Source: a virus
Lineage: Duplodnaviria; Heunggongvirae; Uroviricota; Caudoviricetes
Length of the DNA: 33,660 bases
Direction: 5' to 3' (one strand)
IMG/VR virus record: IMGVR_UViG_2913167280_000001
Part shown: one piece after another, positions 9,103-18,755 of the stretch
Layout: each line of letters opens with the position of its first letter
Numbering within the stretch: position 1 is the first letter of the stretch
Position numbers and translations under genes: made by a program
The notes under the pieces: generated by a model
Told to the model about the DNA's origin: nothing
Database searches by the model: none
Seen by the model: only the letters and a program-made list of their open reading frames with translations

Positions 9103-10800
9103 TCAGGCGATAAGGTCACCGTATTTTTCGCGCAGGCTCGTAGCCTGTTTGGCGTCTGCGGCAAGTTCGCTGCTGTTTGTTGGTGCGCCGGTGTTGCTGT
9201 GGGTGTGGTTTGCAGTGTGTGTGGCCAGCAACTGAACCAGATCCAGAATATCAATCAACAACGTCAGCAGATTAAGTCCGGATTTTTCCCGTGAGCCACC
9301 GCGACCAATAAATACTGTCGGGGCTGTAAACTCCAGACCGCCGTCCGCCCGGCATGTTCTGCGGCCTCCCACGTTTTCAGTAAGGTCGCGCTCAATCGTG
9401 GATGTCGCCCCTTTGAGTTTAGTCAGCAAATCCTGCGCTACCATCTGGATATGCTCACCGGCTGCGATCGCATAATGACCAGTAGTAATGTGTTCTGTCT
9501 GGCCTGTCATCAGCTTGCTGGTTCCCAGAACGCTGGTTATGTCGTTTGCCTGTACTGTTGTTGTTCTGGTTGTTGTTGTGCGTTCTTCCTGATCGCTGTT
9601 AATGGTTCGCCTGGCTGAATGCTCCCTGATTTGCTGATCGGTTTCTCTGTGCCAGCTTCCGTCAGTCGTGACACGCTGAAACACTTCTGCGCGCTGTTGC
9701 TGCAGCTGTTCGCCGGGCTTTACATCAGGCAGGTTATGGCCAGCGGGTAAGATTTGCCTGATGACAGGTTTATCCGGTCGTCCTTCAATGTTGGATATTT
9801 CCACGATGGTGCCAGCCGGCGGGTAGGCAAAACATCCCGCCTCACTGCCAGCCATGGGGACGGGGAGCGGTACTGCCGGGTAAACGGGCGTATCGCTTTT
9901 ATCGTTGCCGTTCTCATCAAGCAACTGCACATCGACGGCGTAGCGTGGGCGGAAACTGTCGGCCACATCGCCCAGGGTGGCGGGCTCCGTTGGTGCAATG
10001 ACGCGCGCCAGCCGGGTATGTAGCGTACCGCTGGCCAGTTCCGGGAACTGTGTTTCCATTTGTCTGCGTAATGGTGATTTGGAAACAGGGCTGCCCGTGG
10101 CGGTAAGGCGCTCCCATGTCAGGGTCATTTTCTCGTTGTTGAGGGCTACACGGGTAATGCGCCCGGCTGGAAGGTTCACGCCCGGTCGCACAGTTTCCAT
10201 AAACATGATGTCGATGCTGTTTCCGCCGCTTTGCCCGAGTGTGTACTGTTGCGGAATATCCGGCATTGTAATGCTGGCAAATCGTGAATCAGCTGCACTT
10301 CCCACAAATACAGAACCGTCCGGCATAGGGTGCCAGACGTAATCGTTGATACTGAATGCTCGCCCCAGTTGGCTGAGCAGCTGTGCTCCGCTGCCGCTGT
10401 GGGTGATGTAGGGAGTTGGTATACTGGCATAATCCGCATCCGGAGTGATAAAAACGATACCGCTTTGTCGCCCCAGATTATCGAGTACCCCCCGCAACGT
10501 CGGGTGTTGCATGGAGCAAGGGAAATCAAAATCCAGCACAGCAGCCGCTTCACGAATAAAAAGGCGACGTGAGCCATTTTCAGCAGGTTGATCGCGCTCA
10601 ATGTAGCCGGAGAAATAGCGCCATGCTTCACCGTCACGGCCGAGATCAATTTGTACCATTGCGCCGGCAAGGCTGTGTTCGGGTGACAGATTGTTAACAG
10701 AAATGAAGCCACGACCGGCAGCATTCAGGGTAAGAACAAGGCTTATATCGGCAATTTCCACCCATTCGCCATTAATCATGCAGCGTTGTATCAATTTCAT
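9103..10800 (-). CDS. tail spike protein with a gpV/gp5-type OB-fold domain and an N-terminal extension (possible hub-spike fusion), 565 aa
   Basis: Residues about 306-350 (PVPMAGSEAGCFAYPPAGTIVEISNIEGRPDKPVIRQIL) resemble the conserved spike OB-fold motif; C-terminal HTANHTHS resembles the histidine tip motif of P2 gpV. Last gene of the tail operon, ATGA-coupled to the upstream gene. Confidence 0.6.
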   Translation of the reverse strand: MKLIQRCMINGEWVEIADISLVLTLNAAGRGFISVNNLSPEHSLAGAMVQIDLGRDGEAWRYFSGYIERDQPAENGSRRLFIREAAAVLDFDFPCSMQHPTLRGVLDNLGRQSGIVFITPDADYASIPTPYITHSGSGAQLLSQLGRAFSINDYVWHPMPDGSVFVGSAADSRFASITMPDIPQQYTLGQSGGNSIDIMFMETVRPGVNLPAGRITRVALNNEKMTLTWERLTATGSPVSKSPLRRQMETQFPELASGTLHTRLARVIAPTEPATLGDVADSFRPRYAVDVQLLDENGNDKSDTPVYPAVPLPVPMAGSEAGCFAYPPAGTIVEISNIEGRPDKPVIRQILPAGHNLPDVKPGEQLQQQRAEVFQRVTTDGSWHRETDQQIREHSARRTINSDQEERTTTTRTTTVQANDITSVLGTSKLMTGQTEHITTGHYAIAAGEHIQMVAQDLLTKLKGATSTIERDLTENVGGRRTCRADGGLEFTAPTVFIGRGGSREKSGLNLLTLLIDILDLVQLLATHTANHTHSNTGAPTNSSELAADAKQATSLREKYGDLIA

Positions 10801-11372
10801 GTTTTCCCTTCCTCTTTCACGCTCCCGATGCCAACAGCATCCAGACCAGAGCCAACGGCATCATTGATTTTTTTCCAGAACGAACTTTGCGTATTCATGC
10901 CTTTGTCTGGTGCCTGTTCGCTGCCATTCTGGGTCTGCTGTCTGGCGATGGTTTTCTGCGAACCGCTGCGTGCGGATGCTTTCTCTGGCACGCTTAATTT
11001 TTCCCTGAGAGTAAAGGTGATCTGCCAGTGCATTTTTCCCTGTTGTTCCGTGGCATCAATGCCACCAGAAAATACCCCCTGTCGCATATTGATTGCCTTC
11101 GCGGTAGCGTTAGCAATGCGATAGGTTTTTTTAGCACCGTTGCTTTCTGTTGCCTCCGCAAGCTGAAAAATACGGGTCAGAATAGCTTCATCGTTAAAAT
11201 CAATAACCCCCGACACGCGCAGCTCTTTAGCCTTGTTTCCCTGCTGGGCGCTCGTGGTGCTGGTTGACTGTCCGGACATATCTTTGTCCGGTAGTTGCAT
11301 GGTGGCGCTGACGGTGATGTTGCGCAGCAGAATGGCTTCTCCGTCAAGCGCAAGGACAATCATCTGGGTCAT
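10797..11372 (-). CDS. putative tail/baseplate protein, 191 aa (family uncertain)
   Basis: Translationally coupled between an unknown gene and the spike gene; no secure motif. Confidence 0.3.
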   Translation of the reverse strand: MTQMIVLALDGEAILLRNITVSATMQLPDKDMSGQSTSTTSAQQGNKAKELRVSGVIDFNDEAILTRIFQLAEATESNGAKKTYRIANATAKAINMRQGVFSGGIDATEQQGKMHWQITFTLREKLSVPEKASARSGSQKTIARQQTQNGSEQAPDKGMNTQSSFWKKINDAVGSGLDAVGIGSVKEEGKT

Positions 11373-12057
11373 GTAGTGCTTCCCTTAGTGATGAGAGATT
11401 ATCGCCGACGAACAGCATCACAGCTGTAAAAACCCACTCGGGGTGTGGGATGTTTTTTTGTATCAGCACTGCAGCCTGGCTAAGGGCTCCTTTGTAGCAA
11501 AAGCGCCACACCGGGCAAAATTTTTGCCGGAGTGCGGTCTGCTGATTAGCTATTTCCTGTAAGGCTTTATCTCTCGCATTCATGAACTGATGCAGTGATG
11601 ATGACAATGTTTCCGGTGATGTAGCGGCAGGAGTGGCTGCCTGTGCAATGGTTGCCGCCAGCGACATGCTGCGAGTGGTCTGTGTCGACAGCATTATCGG
11701 TTCTGGAAGTGATGTTGCCGGTCTGGCGGGGATTTGCATTCTGCTGATGGCCAGTGAAAGCTGGCTGGAGATCATGCGGGACATTCGTCCCACCTCCGGC
11801 AACGGAAATGCGCCTGAAAATTGCCTGGCGAGTGATAAAAACTCGCCAGCAGAAGGAGCGCAAAATAACAGCGCCACAATGTCCTTTTCCGTGTTTTCTT
11901 TCAGATAGGGTAAAAGTGCAGATACAGCATTTTCGGGGCTGAGATAACGCCCCGATGGTTTGATGTTTCCGGTATTTTCTGACCATGGATGAAGGCAAAC
12001 CACAGAGCATTTAATGTTCATGGCTGACGGGCGCAGAATTGCGTTTTCCCATTTCAT
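11344..12057 (-). CDS. hypothetical protein, 237 aa
   Basis: ATGA-coupled to the upstream fibre-chaperone gene; Ala/Ser/Thr-rich low-complexity central region; no recognisable motif. Confidence 0.4.
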   Translation of the reverse strand: MKWENAILRPSAMNIKCSVVCLHPWSENTGNIKPSGRYLSPENAVSALLPYLKENTEKDIVALLFCAPSAGEFLSLARQFSGAFPLPEVGRMSRMISSQLSLAISRMQIPARPATSLPEPIMLSTQTTRSMSLAATIAQAATPAATSPETLSSSLHQFMNARDKALQEIANQQTALRQKFCPVWRFCYKGALSQAAVLIQKNIPHPEWVFTAVMLFVGDNLSSLREALHDPDDCPCA

Positions 12058-12626
12058 TCTGACTCTCCAGCCTGAAAAGCGCGGATGTCGGCAAGATTAT
12101 TCAGACTATCCAGCACATCCTTCATCTGTCGCTGACGTCGATAAATTTCATCATTGCGGTTAACCTGCGCCTGCGCCATAGCTGTAGCCAGCCCCTCAAG
12201 CTCTGGCATCGACATCTTCACTTGCTGATTATCGGCGTCACCCCATGCCATAACGTCCCGCGCTGTGTCGGATTTTGATGCCATCACCACCGGATAAAGG
12301 CGGGTCAATGAGTCGGGGCCGGCGTTCCAGGTGCGACCGTTCCATTCGAACGTGAACGGCTGTGCTTCCTGTTCTGTGCGCCATGCCTCGATTTCCTGGC
12401 GTTTGGCGACTTTTGCTGCTTCCAGCATTTCAGGTGATACGGTGAACGGGGCAATCTTGCCCCATTTGCCGCTTTGCAGTTCCTGCCAGACGCGTTGGCC
12501 TGTCATTGCACTGTCTTCTGGTGTGGCTGTGTAGGGGACGGCTTCATCCATCCCTTCAAACAAAACTTCGCAGTCAATCGCACCGGATTCCAGATAGCGT
12601 GGATTCAGAATTTGTTGTATTTCCAT
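12054..12626 (-). CDS. putative tail fibre assembly/chaperone protein (second cassette), 190 aa
   Basis: Sits immediately downstream of tail fibre gene 2, by analogy with Mu U / P2 G; sequence differs from the first chaperone. Confidence 0.45.
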   Translation of the reverse strand: MEIQQILNPRYLESGAIDCEVLFEGMDEAVPYTATPEDSAMTGQRVWQELQSGKWGKIAPFTVSPEMLEAAKVAKRQEIEAWRTEQEAQPFTFEWNGRTWNAGPDSLTRLYPVVMASKSDTARDVMAWGDADNQQVKMSMPELEGLATAMAQAQVNRNDEIYRRQRQMKDVLDSLNNLADIRAFQAGESE

Positions 12627-12629
12627 TTT

Positions 12630-14681
12630 TTAGTTCACCCGCATAAATAAACCGACAAAGCATTCTGACGTGCCAAGTGTTGTTAAATGGCTGCCTGATA
12701 GTGCAATAAATGACCCTGCCTGTGGATATGAATTAGGAGACACAGTAATAAACTGTGGCGTGCTGGCATATGAGCCTGATGTGCTGCATTTCGCACTTAT
12801 TGTGACCGCCCCCAGTCTGGAGCCAGGTACAACTTGCCCCCTTTTCATTTTCCTGCTGCTGTCTGTGTCAGACTCACCAAAATAGGCCGCAAAAATCAGA
12901 CCTCCGACGCCCGGACTTCCCCATGCATTCCCTGTAACCGAGCGTAATAGATCTATTTGCGTCGCCGGGGACCACCACCCTTCAAGTTGAGGGCAGGCAG
13001 GATCTGCAATAAGACGGTTGTAATACAGCTCTCCACGAGCCCCCCGGTATGTAATGACTTTGTCATACACAGAGTGTGAGTTCGCATTGGCAGAAGAATA
13101 TGGTGACTCGATTTCTACTACACCATCAAATACTAATCCCGGAATTACCCTAATCGCTTCTGGATCTGTAATGACCTGTGTAACAAGATAGCGCCCTGGA
13201 GGCGTTTCCATGACCCACATAAGAAAATCCATGGGGCCATCCTTGCCTGTAAGCAGGTGGGGTGTTGAATAAAATGCTCCATAACCAAATGCGCCGGGTA
13301 ATGCCCCCCGACCTTCCGAGCGATCATAAATATCGCTTTGTAATGTCACTGTTCCGGAGTCTTCCAGCTCAAGCACCTTCCGCATATCTTCTGCTGTAGC
13401 TTGCGCCAGTAGTGAACGAGCCTTTTGCGTCACCTGGGCAAGTGATGCTTTCCCGTCCGTATTAAAGTACAGAAGGTTATCTGCCTGCGCTTTTAATTTG
13501 CTGATTGCCGTTAAAACATCGCTAAGCGGCTGTTTACCTGCCAGTGCGTTAGTGACCGTTGTTGCAAAGTTCGGGTCATTACCCAGCGCAGCTGCCAGCT
13601 CGTTCAGCGTGTCCAGAGCTTCCGGTGATGAGTCAACCAGCGCGGCAAGCAGTTTGCGGACAAACTCCGCATTGGCTATTTCAGTGCCTGCTGCGTCATC
13701 TGGCGGGGTTGGTGTTGTCGGTGCTCCGGTCAGTGCCGGGCTTTTCAGGGGAGCGCGTGCTTCAATCTGTGCGATGAGTGAAGCCTCATCAACCTTCAGA
13801 TTTTCCCAGCCAGCCAGATACCCCTGACCGCCGACGTAGCGATTGTAATAAATCTGACCATTAACACCGTAGTAAATTACTGCCTTATAGGCCCTGTCAT
13901 CGGTTGAGCTTTTAGGTTGTGGCCAGATAATTTCAATAACGCCGTTTGTCTGAATGCCTGGTACCACCACATTTGTGTCCGCAAATACGGTATAACGACC
14001 GGGTTTTGCCGTTTTTACCCAGCGGAGAAAATCGGCCTCTGTTTTAAACTCGGTCCTGTCGCCGCTGGAAAATACTTTCCCGAATCCAAACATGCCGGGA
14101 ATCGCCAGACGGCCTTCGGTGCGGTCGTAAAGGTCTGTTTGTACATCCATCGTTGCAGCAGTTTTCAACCCCAGATTGTCGCGGGATTCCTGTTGTGCTT
14201 CTTTCCCTTCTGCTGCAATTTCTGACAAACGGTTAGGGATTTTCAGCATTGATTTCAGCTCTGGATAAAGATCTATCTGCCAGCTCTGTGGAGGAACAGT
14301 AATTTGCGCAGCCTGAGCAATGCCGCTGTATATAATCGTGAAATTACGAATAAGTGACTCGCCTGTCACTTTTTGTCGAACAGGCGTTTTTATTACGCCG
14401 CATAGTGTTCCGCTGGCCTGATGGATGAGGCAAATCCAGTCATAGCTGAATGCACAGTCATCAGGAACAACCGCGCTACACACAATATTGTTCGGGCTTA
14501 ACTGGCCATAGGTCAGTTCATTCACGGTATATGTGATTTTTTCTTCCGGAACGGTATTATCTTCGTGCGTTGGTTCCCGCTCCATCAGGGCAAAAATAAT
14601 AGTGTCAGGGCGTGCAGGTAAATTACTGGCTGTGCATTCAGCAACCCACTTTTCAAATGCTTTCGTCAACAATGCGCTCAT
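12630..14681 (-). CDS. tail fibre protein 2 (P2 H / Mu S family), 683 aa
   Basis: N-terminal domain homologous to fibre 1 (PARPDT, NLIRTF/NLIRNF, WQID); central segment SPALTGAPTTP...ALVDSSPEALDTLNELAAALGNDPNFATT matches the conserved P2 H region; an internal duplicated domain (YDRxEGR...PGxFGxG, twice). Confidence 0.85.
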   Translation of the reverse strand: MSALLTKAFEKWVAECTASNLPARPDTIIFALMEREPTHEDNTVPEEKITYTVNELTYGQLSPNNIVCSAVVPDDCAFSYDWICLIHQASGTLCGVIKTPVRQKVTGESLIRNFTIIYSGIAQAAQITVPPQSWQIDLYPELKSMLKIPNRLSEIAAEGKEAQQESRDNLGLKTAATMDVQTDLYDRTEGRLAIPGMFGFGKVFSSGDRTEFKTEADFLRWVKTAKPGRYTVFADTNVVVPGIQTNGVIEIIWPQPKSSTDDRAYKAVIYYGVNGQIYYNRYVGGQGYLAGWENLKVDEASLIAQIEARAPLKSPALTGAPTTPTPPDDAAGTEIANAEFVRKLLAALVDSSPEALDTLNELAAALGNDPNFATTVTNALAGKQPLSDVLTAISKLKAQADNLLYFNTDGKASLAQVTQKARSLLAQATAEDMRKVLELEDSGTVTLQSDIYDRSEGRGALPGAFGYGAFYSTPHLLTGKDGPMDFLMWVMETPPGRYLVTQVITDPEAIRVIPGLVFDGVVEIESPYSSANANSHSVYDKVITYRGARGELYYNRLIADPACPQLEGWWSPATQIDLLRSVTGNAWGSPGVGGLIFAAYFGESDTDSSRKMKRGQVVPGSRLGAVTISAKCSTSGSYASTPQFITVSPNSYPQAGSFIALSGSHLTTLGTSECFVGLFMRVN

Positions 14682-14687
14682 TACTTC

Positions 14688-15239
14688 TTAATTCTCGCTA
14701 ATGTTCTGCGGTAATTCTGGCCATACAATCGCGGCATACGATGCTTTATCTGTAACCTGGCTGAATGTCATCTCCCGTAACGTTTTTGTATAAATACGGC
14801 AGGCTTTCAATTTCCCCCTGTCTTCGTCGCTGATTAATCCCAGCAGCAGGTCTTTTTCCCATTCGCTGGTCATGATGCTGGCCTGTTTTAACAGTGCATC
14901 ACGCTCATCTTCCGCTTTAAGTTTGTAGTCGAAGACAAATTTATCGTCGCGGTAAAACCAGTAACCAGGCACGGTAATACGGCGGTTAGCGGTAATATCA
15001 GGAACTTCAATAACACTGGCGTTACGGGGTTCAATGCCTGTCACATCCTTACCGACCCACACCACGCGCCCGTCTCCGGTGTAAACCATTTTTATGGTGT
15101 CACTGGCAAAGTTCTTCTGTTCTTCATACCAGTTTTTGCCGTCTTCCGAAAAAAGCCAGGTAACACCATATTGTTTTGTCAGCTGATATTGTTCCGCGGT
15201 TTTCGGGTTACCCGCAGTAATATTTTTTAAATGCAACAT
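14688..15239 (-). CDS. tail fibre assembly protein (first cassette), 183 aa
   Basis: Immediately downstream of fibre 1; size and C-terminal WPELP-type motif typical of the Tfa/U/G chaperone family. Confidence 0.7.
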   Translation of the reverse strand: MLHLKNITAGNPKTAEQYQLTKQYGVTWLFSEDGKNWYEEQKNFASDTIKMVYTGDGRVVWVGKDVTGIEPRNASVIEVPDITANRRITVPGYWFYRDDKFVFDYKLKAEDERDALLKQASIMTSEWEKDLLLGLISDEDRGKLKACRIYTKTLREMTFSQVTDKASYAAIVWPELPQNISEN

Positions 15240-15241
15240 TG

Positions 15242-16942
15242 TTAAACACTCGCCACGTTATACCAGGTACCGTTAATCAGTTTCTGAAGCGGTCGGTAAT
15301 ACACGCCGCCGATGTTATCTGCCGAATTACTTCCGGTTTCCTGCACATTAATACCGGATAACCCGTGGCCTGAAGGTGAGCGAAATGTCCAGGATATCTG
15401 GTTACCTCCCGGGTTGTAATACATTTCGGAACCATAACGCACATCCTGCACGCCGCCTGTTTTGGTCTGGTAACGGGCATCAAAGTTTCCGTAGTCTGAC
15501 GGTGTTACCCGCCCTGAAACATTCACTGCCCGGTTACTTTGTAACGCGCCATTCTGAAAACGGAATACGTGCTGACCATTGGCATAAACATCCAGCAGGC
15601 CGTCACCATTCTGTTTCAGGCCGGTATCGTTATCCCCGAAAGCAATTGAGTTTCCGCCCAGCGCATTCTGAACGCCGATACCCAGCGCACCATTCACCTG
15701 AGAACCGCCACCAACAGACACTTTATGCGACATGGATATTTCACCCGTCCGCAAATTAATAGTGAACGGACGCAGGGGGCCAATATCGCCGTTTTCGCCC
15801 TGATTTTCCCGGGTGGGAATAAGATGCAGGCACTCTTCAGAACGACGAAAAATCAGGCCAAAAGCTTCGTTGAAAATCCTCAGTGCATTAACACCACGGA
15901 TTTTCAGCTCCCCGGTCATGGTGTCGCCGTCGCGCTCAACAGCGTCTTTTGCTTTATCCATTGCGGCTTTTACTGCCTTTGATGTGGCGGCGCGGTCTTC
16001 TGCGTCGCTGTCGGTGGAGTTGCTGTACTGCGCAAAGCCTTTCTCCTTCAGTGTTGCGTCCGGATGATGGCGGGATTTTTCGTGCTCTGCCAGTGCATTG
16101 CTTTGTTCTTCGTCGGGTGTCTCCGGGCGCAGGTCCTGTGGGCCGTCTCCTGTCATTTTTGCAAGTGGCGCGACAAAGTGTCGGAAGCCGTTACCGTCTG
16201 TATAAGACGCATGTTCCTGGCGGGCGCAGAACGTAAAAACGGTATTCCATTCGCCGGTAACAAATCCCTGCCAGCTTGCATCAATCCAGATGGTATCCCC
16301 GACCGCAGCCGGCAGGCTGTAAGGTTCGCGCAGACTGACGCGCAGACCTCCCACATAACCCACGCCGGCGGCAACAGTAGCGGTACCGTCCTGATAGCTG
16401 ACCTGAAAACCATCCCCCAGAAAAGCGGCTTCACCGTAGTGATCAAACGCCAGCAGCCGGCGGGCCTCATCCATTCCTGCAAGGCGTGCAGTGAAATCAA
16501 TCTGCCAGACATCAGCGCTGACATCGATATGCATTGCTGCGGCTGCGCCGTCAAACTCCATGGAAAATGTGCGGATCAGGTTGTTTCCCTGCACGCCGTT
16601 CGCTGTTTTAATTTTTTGCTGACGAGGTGTGTGTGCAATCATGCAGAGCACGCCGCTTTCTTCGTTCAGCAGACCGATCCAGTTGTATTCGAAGTCGCCG
16701 ACTGTCGTGTCCAGAATGATGGAAAACGCGGTCGCGTTCGGCGACAGGAGGCCGTACTGGGTGACCGGCGCACGATACTGAATCATGGATTCATCAGGGA
16801 GTATCTCATCGCGGGGGATCTCTGCGGATTCATCCTGTCCCGGAATATATGCAAAAACAAATGTATCCGGGCGCGCAGGTTTTCCACTGATGATTTGATT
16901 TGCGCACCAGTGTTCGTACTGTTCAGTAATAATCGTGCTCAT
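15242..16942 (-). CDS. tail fibre protein 1 (P2 H / Mu S family), 566 aa
   Basis: Contains SRHHPDATLKEKGF...ATSKAVKAA and the C-terminus GDNDTGLKQNGDGLLDVYANGQHVFRFQNG...INGTWYNVASV, matching remembered P2 H conserved blocks. Confidence 0.88.
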   Translation of the reverse strand: MSTIITEQYEHWCANQIISGKPARPDTFVFAYIPGQDESAEIPRDEILPDESMIQYRAPVTQYGLLSPNATAFSIILDTTVGDFEYNWIGLLNEESGVLCMIAHTPRQQKIKTANGVQGNNLIRTFSMEFDGAAAAMHIDVSADVWQIDFTARLAGMDEARRLLAFDHYGEAAFLGDGFQVSYQDGTATVAAGVGYVGGLRVSLREPYSLPAAVGDTIWIDASWQGFVTGEWNTVFTFCARQEHASYTDGNGFRHFVAPLAKMTGDGPQDLRPETPDEEQSNALAEHEKSRHHPDATLKEKGFAQYSNSTDSDAEDRAATSKAVKAAMDKAKDAVERDGDTMTGELKIRGVNALRIFNEAFGLIFRRSEECLHLIPTRENQGENGDIGPLRPFTINLRTGEISMSHKVSVGGGSQVNGALGIGVQNALGGNSIAFGDNDTGLKQNGDGLLDVYANGQHVFRFQNGALQSNRAVNVSGRVTPSDYGNFDARYQTKTGGVQDVRYGSEMYYNPGGNQISWTFRSPSGHGLSGINVQETGSNSADNIGGVYYRPLQKLINGTWYNVASV

Positions 16943-17574
16943 GCTTCATCTGCCTGTAATGTGTAATGTTCCACGGACAGGCCGTAATGTCCTGCCTGTA
17001 GCGAAGCGGTTAACCAGATGGTGTCCTTTCTCACCGTTGCTTCTGCTGTGTGATACCTGTAATGGCCATCGAATGTGCCGGCTGTCATCCGGGCAGTGGT
17101 TGTATTGATTACCTGAAAGAAATAGCGCCTGCAGGTACGACCATACTGGCGCACGAGCTGCATCATCAGCGCGTTGTTTTCACTTAACTGGGTGTCATTA
17201 ATGCGCAGTAAAATAACGTCCCAGTCATGCTGCAGTTGCCGTTCCAGTGTTTTAACGTCTCCCACGCCAAGACGCTTAAAGATGCGTTCGAAGCCGGCGC
17301 GTTCGCCAGAGTCCTGAGCGTTAATAAACGCGTGTTTCACTCTTAAGCGAAATAATGAAACCGGCTCACCTTTAAATCGGGTGATATTGCGCTGATAAGC
17401 CAGCAGGTTAAGTAAAGGCTCTGCGCAGGTGTCGACATCAATCTGCTGTAGTGGCCACGTCAGCCAGCTGTATACCTTTTCCCAGTAGCGATGCGATGAA
17501 TGTGCCAGCGTTAACGGCTCACCTTTATTCATCCAGGTGGGGAGCGGGAATTCAGGGATCTCCGGAAGTTTCAC
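16939..17574 (-). CDS. putative baseplate/tail protein (P2 gpI-like by synteny), 211 aa
   Basis: Sits between the J-like baseplate gene and the tail fibre, overlapping both; GTG start per the track. Confidence 0.45.
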   Translation of the reverse strand: MKLPEIPEFPLPTWMNKGEPLTLAHSSHRYWEKVYSWLTWPLQQIDVDTCAEPLLNLLAYQRNITRFKGEPVSLFRLRVKHAFINAQDSGERAGFERIFKRLGVGDVKTLERQLQHDWDVILLRINDTQLSENNALMMQLVRQYGRTCRRYFFQVINTTTARMTAGTFDGHYRYHTAEATVRKDTIWLTASLQAGHYGLSVEHYTLQADEA

Positions 17575-18755
17575 TCGCTCACCTCCACAGTAAGGGATTC
17601 CAGACGAGGAACAGCCAGATCACTGAGAATATCTGGAAGAGAAAATGTAACCGACTCCACCTGTGGAAATACCTGGTGGATCTCTTCGCCCAGTCTGGAC
17701 ATGCTGAAACGGCTATACGGCCATGTTTTCTGAACGTCATAATCGCTGTTTTCTCGAAATGCACAGCGAACCAGATTTTCCACATTGCGCAATAACGTCT
17801 GAATTTCCTCATCGCTGAGGTTCAGCGTTGCATATAACCAGAGTGTCACGGTCAGGGTGTGGCGTGTTTCAGGCATGGAAAAACAGCGCAGATCATCACC
17901 GTGTCCGTGATGACCTTCATCGTTAATGAATGCGTTTACTGCATCAACGAACGGTTCGGATGCGATGCCGGTATCCAGCAGAATGTAAGCATTTGCTGTG
18001 CCGGGGCCGCGTGGTGCGTCATGCAGAAAATAGATGCGGTCGGCACTGACGCCGGCAACGCCGGCAATTAATCCCCGATAAACTGCATCGGTGTGATAAG
18101 CGCCGGCAAGATTAAACTGATTGCGAACACGATCACGCAGCTCGTCATCGCTTTCTTCGTTGGCACCCGGTGTGGTCAGCCAGTTTTCATCGTTCTCAAC
18201 ACCGGCAATACCATCAATCGCCACTGGAAGGATGCGGTAATATCCCGGCGCAAGGTTAAAGCCGGCTCCGGCCTGTTCCGCAGAAACATCGATGTTCATG
18301 CTGAGTGTTCCTGCCGGAATAACGGTATCCCTGACAACGGTCAGCGTATAAATCACGCCGTTAATGCGTTCTGTCTGAATCTGCGTACCGGCCGGCACGG
18401 TAACTGCGCGATCAATGTCGTTCTTGGTGAAACGAATCACGCCGGCTGCGTGCGTGGCGGCCTTGCGTTGCAGGTTTACCGCCCAGGCAAAAACATCAAC
18501 GAATACACCGCTGGCATCGGCCAGAAACAGGTTTTTCATCACCACATTAACCAGCGCATCTTTCAGCCACATCACGGGTTTTGTGGTGATGGCTGTAATC
18601 AGTCGCCAGAACGGCGACATGCGGGATGTGTTGGTGATAAGCCCTTCGTCTTTGACAATGGCTTCAAATTCAGCGCGTGCCTGTTCTTCGGTTACCGGCA
18701 TGCCGTTATCAGCCAGAATGCGCTCGTAATCTGCGGTGGGTTTGCCGTTAATCAT
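17571..18755 (-). CDS. baseplate protein (P2 gpJ / T4 gp6-like), about 394 aa
   Basis: Size and position after the W-like gene and before the I-like gene and fibres; probable ATG at 18753-18755 (the track start at 18758 is TTG). Confidence 0.65.
   Translation of the reverse strand: MINGKPTADYERILADNGMPVTEEQARAEFEAIVKDEGLITNTSRMSPFWRLITAITTKPVMWLKDALVNVVMKNLFLADASGVFVDVFAWAVNLQRKAATHAAGVIRFTKNDIDRAVTVPAGTQIQTERINGVIYTLTVVRDTVIPAGTLSMNIDVSAEQAGAGFNLAPGYYRILPVAIDGIAGVENDENWLTTPGANEESDDELRDRVRNQFNLAGAYHTDAVYRGLIAGVAGVSADRIYFLHDAPRGPGTANAYILLDTGIASEPFVDAVNAFINDEGHHGHGDDLRCFSMPETRHTLTVTLWLYATLNLSDEEIQTLLRNVENLVRCAFRENSDYDVQKTWPYSRFSMSRLGEEIHQVFPQVESVTFSLPDILSDLAVPRLESLTVEVSE

Noticed and set aside
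12054-16942. Mu G-segment-style invertible tail-fibre switch
   Set aside because: Both fibre-chaperone cassettes are on the same strand, each fibre has its own N-terminus, and no gin/cin-like recombinase or flanking inverted repeats are visible. It is a tandem duplication, not an invertible segment.
16064-16966. 300-aa plus-strand ORF
   Set aside because: Antisense shadow inside tail fibre gene 1; Cys-rich and without motifs.
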